A stretch of 53,890 nucleotides of DNA from Elusimicrobiota bacterium (GTDB taxonomy: Bacteria > Elusimicrobiota > Elusimicrobia > UBA1565). Where the stretch lies: contig JBDREN010000138.1 in assembly GCA_043819795.1 (NCBI GenBank), forward strand, positions 1 to 53,890, given 5' to 3'. Position numbers and translations under genes: made by a program. The notes below the pieces were generated by a model. It was not told where the DNA came from, made no database searches, and saw nothing but the letters and a program-made list of their open reading frames with translations. This document shows, piece after piece, positions 26,844 through 34,528 of the stretch. The first letter of the stretch is position 1. Every line of letters begins with the position of its first letter.

Positions 26844-27793
26844 GGACCGCCTCCCTCCTGATGGGTCTATGCGTCCTCGTCGCGGCGCCCCCGCGCGCCG
26901 AAGCCGAGCCGGGCCGCACGGCGGCGCCGTTCCTCCAAAGGGCTCTCGGCGCCCAGGCGGCGGGGATGGGCAACGCCTTCGTAGCCGTGCCGGGACGGGC
27001 CGACGCCATCCAGTACAACCCGGCCGCCGCCGCCACGCTGGACCGCAAGACGCTTTCCTCGACCTACCTGAACGGCTTCGGGGGCACGACCCACGGATTC
27101 CTCGGCTACGCGCACCCCGTGCCCCACGGGACGCTGGCGGCCGGGGTACTCTACTTCAACGCCGGACGTATCGACCTGAACCTCTCGGACGGCACCCGCG
27201 GCCGGGTGACCGCGGGAGAGGACAGCGCGTGGACGCTGTCCTACGCGGCCCGGCTCGGAAGCCGCCTGAGCCTCGGGGCGACCTACCGTTTCGTGCGCCT
27301 CGAGCTCGCCGAGACCGTCCACGCCACCACCTCCCAAGGCGACTTCGGCCTGCTATGGAAGGTCCCGGGGCCGCTGCGGGGACTGTCCGCGGGAGCGGCG
27401 TACCAGTATTGGGGCCCCGACATCACCTTCGAGGAGGTGGGCGATCCCGCCCCTCGGACGCTCCGCTACGGCCTGGCCTATCACTTCCCGGAGGTCTCCA
27501 CGAAGCGGATCGACCCCAGCGTCGACCTGGAGGAGTTCGACATGACGCTCACGACCGACGTGATCGAGGTGCGCCATGAGAAGCGCTCCCCGCGCCTCGG
27601 CGTCGAGCTCGGCCTCACGCCCTCCTTCATGAACCGGATCGCCATCCGCTTCGGATGGGTCTTCGAGCGGGCCGGAGAGTCCCACACCATCGGGGTGGGG
27701 CTGCGGCACCGCGGCGTCCGGTTCGACTACGCCTTCGGAGGCAGCCCGGAGCTGGGCAACCTCCAGCAGCTGTCCTTGACGCTGACGTTCTGA
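26840..27793 (+). CDS. PorV/PorQ-family outer-membrane beta-barrel
   Basis: ATGA-coupled start at 26840; signal peptide; GAQAAGMGNAFVA...AIQYNPA signature; DYA near the end; terminal Phe. Confidence 0.8.
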   Translation: MRTASLLMGLCVLVAAPPRAEAEPGRTAAPFLQRALGAQAAGMGNAFVAVPGRADAIQYNPAAAATLDRKTLSSTYLNGFGGTTHGFLGYAHPVPHGTLAAGVLYFNAGRIDLNLSDGTRGRVTAGEDSAWTLSYAARLGSRLSLGATYRFVRLELAETVHATTSQGDFGLLWKVPGPLRGLSAGAAYQYWGPDITFEEVGDPAPRTLRYGLAYHFPEVSTKRIDPSVDLEEFDMTLTTDVIEVRHEKRSPRLGVELGLTPSFMNRIAIRFGWVFERAGESHTIGVGLRHRGVRFDYAFGGSPELGNLQQLSLTLTF

Positions 27794-27843
27794 GGCGCGA
27801 CAAGGCGGAACAACGACCTCTCGGATGTCGGGCGCCGCGCGTG

Positions 27844-28479
27844 TCAGACCACGCCGAAGGCCAGGAGCGTCTTTTCCAGCCGCGCGGCGCCCCGGTACCG
27901 GACGGCGTGCATGCCCAACTTGCGCGCGGCGGCCACATTGGCCGCCAGATCGTCGATGAAGAGGCTCTCCGCCGGGTGCACGCGCGCCCGGCGCAGCGCC
28001 GAGAGATAGATGCCCGGCTCCGGTTTGCGCAGGCCGAGACGGTGGGAGAGCACGGCGCCGCGCACGTGACGGGCGAAGGCGTACCGGCGCCGGATATGGT
28101 CGTAGTGGATGGCGTTCGTGTTCGATAAGAGGTAGACCCTGCGGCGGGCGGCCGCCCGCCGCAGGAGCCCCGCGGTGCGCTCAACCAGCTCGAAATGAGC
28201 GCACCAGATCCCGCGGAACCGGGCGTAATCGCCGGCGAATCCCATCTCGCGTTTCAGGAGCCGGAAGATCCCTCTCGGGGGGATCAGCCCCCGCTCGATC
28301 TCATCGGAGAGGCGGCCCGACAGGAGCAGCCGCGCGACGCTCAGGGAGTGGCCGCGCGAGACCCGGGCGATATGACGCGCCAAGCGGGCCGCGTCGAACT
28401 TGAGCAGGACGTTGCCGATGTCGAAGAATACGGCCTTGATCGCGCGCTCGGGCTTGTCCGTGTCCTCCGTATTCCGCAT
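27844..28479 (-). CDS. HAD-IA family phosphatase (YihX-like)
   Basis: FFDIGNV, LLSNTN, RKP, FIDD...NV motifs. Confidence 0.88.
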   Translation of the reverse strand: MRNTEDTDKPERAIKAVFFDIGNVLLKFDAARLARHIARVSRGHSLSVARLLLSGRLSDEIERGLIPPRGIFRLLKREMGFAGDYARFRGIWCAHFELVERTAGLLRRAAARRRVYLLSNTNAIHYDHIRRRYAFARHVRGAVLSHRLGLRKPEPGIYLSALRRARVHPAESLFIDDLAANVAAARKLGMHAVRYRGAARLEKTLLAFGVV

Positions 28480-28537
28480 AATCTATCCCTGCCGGATATT
28501 AAACCTGTTCTGAACGACAGGATAAAGGAGCCGCCCC

Positions 28538-29236
28538 ATGCCCGAGACACCGGATGCCTCCAGCCTCGAGGCCGCCCTCAAGCTCATGGCTCCGATCATC
28601 AGCCATGAGATCCGCAATCCTCTGGCCGTGATCGGCAACTCCTCTTACTTCGTCAAGACGAAGCTCGTCCAGCTCGGCACGAAAGACGCCAAGATAGAAA
28701 AGCACCTCGGCATCATCGCCATCGAGCTCAAGCGCGCCAACGACGTCCTCTGCGAGATCCTCGCCTACGCGCGGATGAAGACCCTCTCTCTCCACCCCCT
28801 CCCGCTCAACGGCCTCGTGACCGACGGGATCAACGACCTGGAGGTCCCCGACTCCGTACGCGTGCGGGTCTCGCCCGCTCCGGAGAACCCCATCGTCCTC
28901 GCCGACGCGGAGCTCGTGTGCGCGGCCATCCGGCACGTCGTCCGCAACGCCGTGGAAGCGGCCGGCCTCACGAAAGACGGCGGCGGCGTCCAGGTCGCGA
29001 TCAAGGTCGAGGACGGGAAGTGGGGCGTGGTGGAAGTCACGGACGCCGGCGCGGGGGTCCCGCCGGAAGAGCGGGAAAAGCTTTTCACCCCCTTCCATAC
29101 GACCAGGCCCCGCGGGATCGGCCTCGGCTTGGCTTTCGCGCGCAAGGTCATCGAGAGTCTGGACGGACGCGTCGAGTTCGTGGCGCCGGACGGCCCCGGG
29201 GCGAGGTTCAGGCTGCTGCTGCCGAAGAGGCCCTGA
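28538..29236 (+). CDS. Sensor-less histidine kinase (HisKA + HATPase)
   Basis: SHEIRNPL H-box, RNAVEA N-box, D.G.G, F.PF.TT, GIGLGL. Confidence 0.85.
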   Translation: MPETPDASSLEAALKLMAPIISHEIRNPLAVIGNSSYFVKTKLVQLGTKDAKIEKHLGIIAIELKRANDVLCEILAYARMKTLSLHPLPLNGLVTDGINDLEVPDSVRVRVSPAPENPIVLADAELVCAAIRHVVRNAVEAAGLTKDGGGVQVAIKVEDGKWGVVEVTDAGAGVPPEEREKLFTPFHTTRPRGIGLGLAFARKVIESLDGRVEFVAPDGPGARFRLLLPKRP

Positions 29237-30788
29237 ACAGCCCCCCCAGCCACGACGCGAGACGCGCCAGCCGGTTCGGACGCGCCGGCTCGACATCGAG
29301 CTTCTTGAGAAAGGCCAGCGAGAGCAGGTAGGCGTTCTTGTAGTGCGGCAGGGAGAAGGACACCATCGTGTCCCGCGCGCTGTGAACGATGTCCCAGATC
29401 GTGTCGTTGGAGGCCCCGAATACCGTCATGGCCAGGATCCCCGCGCGCCGGAAGCTTGAGGAGTCGCTGTCTCCCCCCCAGAGCCGCTCCTCCCTCAGGT
29501 CCAGCCCGGTCTCCGAGGCGACCCGCCGGATCTTCTCGAGGAGCGCCTTGTCCGAGCGGTTCGGCCAGGAGAACGTCCCGTCCACGGCCAGGGTGTCGAG
29601 GTTGAGCATGGAGTCGATCCGCCCCCGCTCCTCGCGCGAGAGCCCGCGGACGTACTCCTTCGAGCCGATCAGACCCTCCTCCTCGCGCGCGAAGGCCACG
29701 AACACGTAAGTGGCGTCGGTCTCGACGTCCCTCATGGCCTGGTAAAGGTTGGTGACCATGGTCGCGCCGGTCCAGTTGTCGATGGTCCCGTGCCCGACGC
29801 CGGCCATGTCGTGATGGCCTCCCACGACGACGACCCGGTCGGTCCGGCCCTTCTTGACGACGATGATGTTGTGGCGGCCCCTGCCCGCGTCCTGGAGCCG
29901 GATCTCATCGGGAGCCGCCCCCGCTTGCTGGAAAAGCTCGACGACGACCCTCTCGCGCTCCGCGTTGGTCAGGGGGGAAAGGGCCATCTCGTCATAAAGC
30001 TCCTGGTCGTCCGGCATCGCCTGGGGAGCCTTCCTCCCCGGCTCCGGCAGCGGGACGGGCGTGGTCCGGCGCGAAGCGACGACCGCCGCGTGGCGGCCGG
30101 GCAGCAGCCGCCCCGCCGCGAACCGGCGCTCGGCGTAGCCGGCGAACTCCTCGGGAGAGAGCGGCCGGGCGGACGGGGCCGGCGCGGAGACGGCGCCGGC
30201 GGCGCGCTGGCCGTCGAAGACCGCCGCCAGAAAGCCGCGGGCGGAGGCGCCGGGCGCGACGCGGCCCAAGTCCTCGGCGAGCCGCGCCAGCAGGGGCCTG
30301 CCCTCGGCGGCCCGTCCCACGACGTCGAGCTTGCGAGCGACCGCCTTGCCGAGTTCTCCGCCCCGTGCCCCGAGCAGACGGACGGCGCGCGAGCGGCCAG
30401 CCGGATCGGCGAGCGCCCGCGCCAGGAAACGGGCCGCTTGGGCCTCCGTGGAGAGCTCGGCGGCCTCGAGGGGAGTCTCGAGCGCCGCGCGCGACAGATA
30501 CTCCGCGGCGTCAGCCCCGGAAACGTCTGCCCGGGCGGGGACCTTCGGAGCGGCCGTCGTCGGCAGCGTCGAGCCCAGCCGGAGCGAGGTCTGCTCCAGG
30601 TGCCGGTCGAGCGCCCGCAACAGTTGCGCTGAGACCGCCCCGGCCGAGGTCGCGGCCTGGCCGGGTCCGAAGTTGACCGATGGCGAGCGGACCGGGGCCC
30701 GGAACGCTCCGGCCCAACCCGAGGCCGGAAGCGCCGCGCAAAGCCATACCGCGAGCAGTCGGACGAAGAGGCGGCAGTCCATATTCAT
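29208..30788 (-). CDS. Leader-bearing M28 family metallopeptidase
   Basis: GGHHD, G.IDNWTG, REEEGLIGS, NLD, SD, HS..D motifs; signal peptide from ATG 30788/30782; leader with LGSTLP and VFDG. Confidence 0.82.
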   Translation of the reverse strand: MNMDCRLFVRLLAVWLCAALPASGWAGAFRAPVRSPSVNFGPGQAATSAGAVSAQLLRALDRHLEQTSLRLGSTLPTTAAPKVPARADVSGADAAEYLSRAALETPLEAAELSTEAQAARFLARALADPAGRSRAVRLLGARGGELGKAVARKLDVVGRAAEGRPLLARLAEDLGRVAPGASARGFLAAVFDGQRAAGAVSAPAPSARPLSPEEFAGYAERRFAAGRLLPGRHAAVVASRRTTPVPLPEPGRKAPQAMPDDQELYDEMALSPLTNAERERVVVELFQQAGAAPDEIRLQDAGRGRHNIIVVKKGRTDRVVVVGGHHDMAGVGHGTIDNWTGATMVTNLYQAMRDVETDATYVFVAFAREEEGLIGSKEYVRGLSREERGRIDSMLNLDTLAVDGTFSWPNRSDKALLEKIRRVASETGLDLREERLWGGDSDSSSFRRAGILAMTVFGASNDTIWDIVHSARDTMVSFSLPHYKNAYLLSLAFLKKLDVEPARPNRLARLASWLGGLFRASSAAAA

Positions 30789-30895
30789 CCATAGGCTAGC
30801 CGGATCCCCCTTGGGCGGGAAGCGACGAAAGGCCCATCGTCGGCCCCCCGGAAGACCCACCCGTTTATCGGCCAAAAGGCGCTTGCGGACCGGCC

Positions 30896-30924
30896 TTGAC
30901 AGCCCGACGCGCCCCCCCTATACT
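30896..30924 (+). promoter_or_regulatory. Sigma70-type promoter
   Basis: TTGACA-17 nt-TATACT; GGAGG RBS before ATG 30955. Confidence 0.75.
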
Positions 30925-30954
30925 CAGGAGCGACGTCCTTTTGGAGGGACCCCA

Positions 30955-31890
30955 ATGAGAAGACTCGTCTTGATGACAGTAGCGCTGGCGGTGATCCTGG
31001 CAGGCGCCCGCGACGCTTCCGCGGCCCCCGCGGGGGAGGCATACGAGCACGGCAATACCGAGGAAGGCAAGGCCGCATGGAAGAACGAGGTGGAGGGGCA
31101 GCCTGACGAGCCGGACGAGCCGTACACGGACCCCGGCTTGGACGAGCCCTATGCGGGGGAGAAGCGCCTGCCCGCGGACGAGGCGTTCGAGCACGCCAAT
31201 ATGGAGGAAGGGCGCGCCCACTGGAAGGAGATGTCTCCGGAGGAGAAGACCGATTATCTCAAAGAGCATCCCGACATCCAGGACCGCCTCAAGGATAAAT
31301 GGGAGAACGCCTCCAAAAAGGAAAGAAAAGCCTTCCTAAAGGAGAACCCGGACTTCGACAAGAAGGCCTTCAAGAAAAAATGGGGCGAGGCCACGCCGGA
31401 GGAGAAGGCCGCCTTCCTCGAGAACCAGCCCGCCGTCCGAGACGAGTTACAAATGAGGAGGGAACGGCTCAGAGGGCGGGGGGGCGAACAGCGGGAGCGC
31501 CACCGAGAGGACCGCGAGCGCATGGGCGAGAGCGGGGAGCGGCTCAAGGAGCGCGGGCGCGACAAACGGGAGCGTTCCGGAGAACGCCTCGAGCGCATGG
31601 GCGAGCGCCGGGAGCGCCAGGGAGACCGTCTTGAGCGGCGAGGCGAGCGCATGGAACGCCGCGGGGAGCGCATGGAGCGACGAGGAGAGCGCCTCGGAGA
31701 GCAGGGCCGCGAAGGCACGGGCAAGCGCCTTGAGCGCGAAGGCAAAAGGATGCAGAAACGCGGAGACCGTCTCGAGCGAAAGGGCGAGCGCCGGGGGCGC
31801 CGCGGGGAGCGCATGGAGCGCCGCGGGGAGCGCATGCAGCGCCCCGGCGGCAAGCCGGGCCCCGGCAGGCGCGGCCGCGGCGGAAAATAA
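30955..31890 (+). CDS. Exported repeat protein (three W..xxEE/K..FL.ENP repeats and about a dozen GERMERR heptads)
   Basis: Signal peptide MRRLVLMTVALAVILAGARDASA; promoter and RBS; highly charged repeats. Confidence 0.8.
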   Translation: MRRLVLMTVALAVILAGARDASAAPAGEAYEHGNTEEGKAAWKNEVEGQPDEPDEPYTDPGLDEPYAGEKRLPADEAFEHANMEEGRAHWKEMSPEEKTDYLKEHPDIQDRLKDKWENASKKERKAFLKENPDFDKKAFKKKWGEATPEEKAAFLENQPAVRDELQMRRERLRGRGGEQRERHREDRERMGESGERLKERGRDKRERSGERLERMGERRERQGDRLERRGERMERRGERMERRGERLGEQGREGTGKRLEREGKRMQKRGDRLERKGERRGRRGERMERRGERMQRPGGKPGPGRRGRGGK

Positions 31891-31989
31891 AGCCTGTAGC
31901 GGGAACGGGGCACTACACTAGCTTTCGGACGAACGCCGAACGCGCGTTTTCTCTCAGGAGGGGTTCAGCGAGGCGTCGCCCCTATGAGG

Positions 31990-32130
31990 CGGCGGCATGG
32001 CCCGCCGACCTTATTAGGGGTGATCCGCAAGGCCCGAGGGGTCTTGCGGGCGCGAGGGGGCGCAAGCCCCCAGCGGGAGCACTCGCGCGGGCCTTCAGAC
32101 CCCGAGCCGGAGGCGAGGGGTGCGACAGAG
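31990..32130 (+). repeat. ~140-bp structured interspersed element, copy 3 (diverged)
   Basis: Same ends as copy 2 (cggcggcatggcccgccgacctta ... ggtgcgacagag) and conserved hairpins. Confidence 0.85.
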
Positions 32131-32148
32131 TTCCCCCCTGGCGGACTA

Positions 32149-33498
32149 TCAGTCCGCCGGGCGGCGTAGGGGCGCGACAGATAAACGCATTCCCTTGACC
32201 GCCGTCACCACGATCTCCGCCCCATCGGAAAGCGCTCCCGCCTCGGAGGCCGCCTCCCATATCTCGCCCTGGACCCGCACCTTTCCCTTGGGCGCCAACT
32301 CCCCGATCGCGGCGCCCTCCAGGCCGACCATCCCCTCCATCCCGGTGGGGATCTTGCGCCGGTAGGTCTGATAGACGAGATAGGATACCACGGCCGTCAC
32401 ACCGAGAAGCCCCGCCAAACTACTGATGATCACCGACCAGGAAACGCCAAGCCCTCCCATAGACTGCTGGAACAGCATCAGTACCCCCAGAAGCATGGCC
32501 GCCACTCCGCCGAGCGCGAGCAGGCCGTAGCTGGTCACCTTGATCTCCAGCAGGAAGAATACCATCCCCAAGACGATCAGCAGCACGCCGGCGTAGCTGG
32601 CGGAAAGCGTTTGGAACGAGTAGAACGCCAGGAGCAGGCAGACGGCGCCGACGATGCCGGGCAGGATGAGCCCGGGATTGTACAGCTCGATGAACATCCC
32701 CCCGGCCCCGAGGCTCATGAGGATCATCGCCACGTTGGGGTCGCTGACCGCGGCCAGCCAGCGCTGGCGGCGCGTCATCTCGTAGCGCTCCACGGACGCG
32801 CCGGCGGTGCGCAGGGGCTTCTCGAAGTCGGGCAGGGTCCGGCCGTCGGCCTTCTTAAGGAGTTCGGGAAGGTCCTCGGCCAGCAGGTCCACCACGCCGA
32901 GGGCGAGCGCCTCCCCGGCGGGGATCGAAGTGCTCTTCGAGACGGCCTCGTAAGCCCAGTCCTGGTTGCGCCCGCGCTTCTGCGCGATCGACCTAAGATA
33001 GGCGGCCGCGTCGCTGACGGCCTTGGTCTCGAGGATATCGTCCTTCTTCTCCTTGCCGGGCTTCGCCCCCCCCATCATGGGGATAGCGACCGGATGGGCC
33101 GCCCCGATGTTCGTCCCGGGCGTCATCGCGGCCACGTGGGCCGCCATCGTGATGAAGACGCCGGCGGAGGCGGCCCGGCTCCCGGCCGGGTGGACGAAGA
33201 CGATGACCGGAAGCTCCGCGTTCATGACCGCCTTCACGATGATACGCATGGAGAGGTCGAGGCCGCCCGGGGTGTCGAGCTGGAGCACCAGGGCGTCGAA
33301 TCCCTCGTCCTCGGCGCGGCGGATCGCCCCCTCGATGAACTCGGCGGCCACCGGGTGGATGATGCCCGAGTATGGCGCAACGAGCACGCGCGGCGCCTGC
33401 GCGCTCTTATCGTGGCTTTCTTTTGTCTTGGCCGTTTCAGCGGCCCAGGCGGGCAGCAGCAATCCCAGACCGAGAAAAAGTGCGAGCGAGCGCCTCAC
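32149..33498 (-). CDS. nfeD: NfeD (long form): ClpP-class serine protease domain + membrane domain + OB fold
   Basis: LDTPGG, AASAG, IGAAHPV, ELYNPG..LPG, G.V.VQGEIWEA. Confidence 0.9.
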   Translation of the reverse strand: MRRSLALFLGLGLLLPAWAAETAKTKESHDKSAQAPRVLVAPYSGIIHPVAAEFIEGAIRRAEDEGFDALVLQLDTPGGLDLSMRIIVKAVMNAELPVIVFVHPAGSRAASAGVFITMAAHVAAMTPGTNIGAAHPVAIPMMGGAKPGKEKKDDILETKAVSDAAAYLRSIAQKRGRNQDWAYEAVSKSTSIPAGEALALGVVDLLAEDLPELLKKADGRTLPDFEKPLRTAGASVERYEMTRRQRWLAAVSDPNVAMILMSLGAGGMFIELYNPGLILPGIVGAVCLLLAFYSFQTLSASYAGVLLIVLGMVFFLLEIKVTSYGLLALGGVAAMLLGVLMLFQQSMGGLGVSWSVIISSLAGLLGVTAVVSYLVYQTYRRKIPTGMEGMVGLEGAAIGELAPKGKVRVQGEIWEAASEAGALSDGAEIVVTAVKGMRLSVAPLRRPAD

Positions 33499-34490
33499 GA
33501 TATGCTCCCCATCCGGCTCGGGGGAAAGTAGATGATCCAGGCCTTACCTTTCAGGTAGCGCTGCGGCACCGCTCCCCAAAAACGGCCGTCGCAGGAGCGG
33601 TCGCGGTTATCGCCCATCACGAAGTAGCTTCCCTCCGGGACCGTGACCGGCCCGAAATTGTCGCGCATCGTATCCCCGAGCTCCTTGTCGAGCTCGCGCT
33701 CGATCCAGCGCTGCTCGTACTGCGCCGGGCTCAGGGCGGTCACCGGAGGGGACTGGCGGCCCGGATCCGTGAACTGCGTGTAGGGCTCGCGCCCAAGCGA
33801 CTCGCCGTTGATGCGGACCATCCCCTTCTCGATCTCGACGACGTCGCCGGGCAGTCCGATGACGCGCTTGATGAAGTCCTTCCCGTACTGGATGCTCCCG
33901 CAGTGCACCTCCTCGTCGTCGTCGGTCGGGAACCGGAACACGATGATGTCGCCGCGCCGCACCTTGCGCAGGGGAAGCACCCGTTTGTCCATGAAAGGGA
34001 TCCGGACCCCGTAGATGAACTTGTTGACGAACAGGTGGTCGCCTATCTTCAGCGTGGCCTCCATCGACCCGGACGGGATCTTAAAGGCCTGCACGACGAA
34101 GTACATCAAAAGCGCCGCGAGCAGCACGGCCGAGAACACGGTCTCGGCCCATTCGAGGTCCTCGGTCAGGAAGTGCCGCCTTTTCTCCGACTCGGTCCCG
34201 CGCGACCACGCGCGCCAGAAGCCCCACGATCCCAGCAGCAGCGCGCCGGTCAGGCCCGCCCACAGCTCCCGGGGCGTCAGCATCCCGGGAACCGCGCTCG
34301 AGAACCGGCCCCGGCTCTCGAGCCACAGCACTCCCACGAGCGTGAGGGCGAAGCCCGCCAGCGCGAAGAAGAGGGCGTGCCAGGAGGCCGTGCCCGCGCG
34401 CGTATCGAGCCGGCCCGACCTGGTCCAGCGGCGGGTGATCCAAGCGTAGCCGCCCATCACCAGACCGATCCAGAAAAGTCGCGTTTCCAT
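33495..34490 (-). CDS. lepB: Signal peptidase I with extra N-terminal transmembrane helices
   Basis: IPSGSMEATL, FIKRVIGLPGD, MGDNRD.S.D; ATG 34490; follows lepA. Confidence 0.92.
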   Translation of the reverse strand: METRLFWIGLVMGGYAWITRRWTRSGRLDTRAGTASWHALFFALAGFALTLVGVLWLESRGRFSSAVPGMLTPRELWAGLTGALLLGSWGFWRAWSRGTESEKRRHFLTEDLEWAETVFSAVLLAALLMYFVVQAFKIPSGSMEATLKIGDHLFVNKFIYGVRIPFMDKRVLPLRKVRRGDIIVFRFPTDDDEEVHCGSIQYGKDFIKRVIGLPGDVVEIEKGMVRINGESLGREPYTQFTDPGRQSPPVTALSPAQYEQRWIERELDKELGDTMRDNFGPVTVPEGSYFVMGDNRDRSCDGRFWGAVPQRYLKGKAWIIYFPPSRMGSIS

Positions 34491-34528
34491 AAATGAGTCC
34501 GTATTGTATCTATTCAGGCGGCGGGCCG

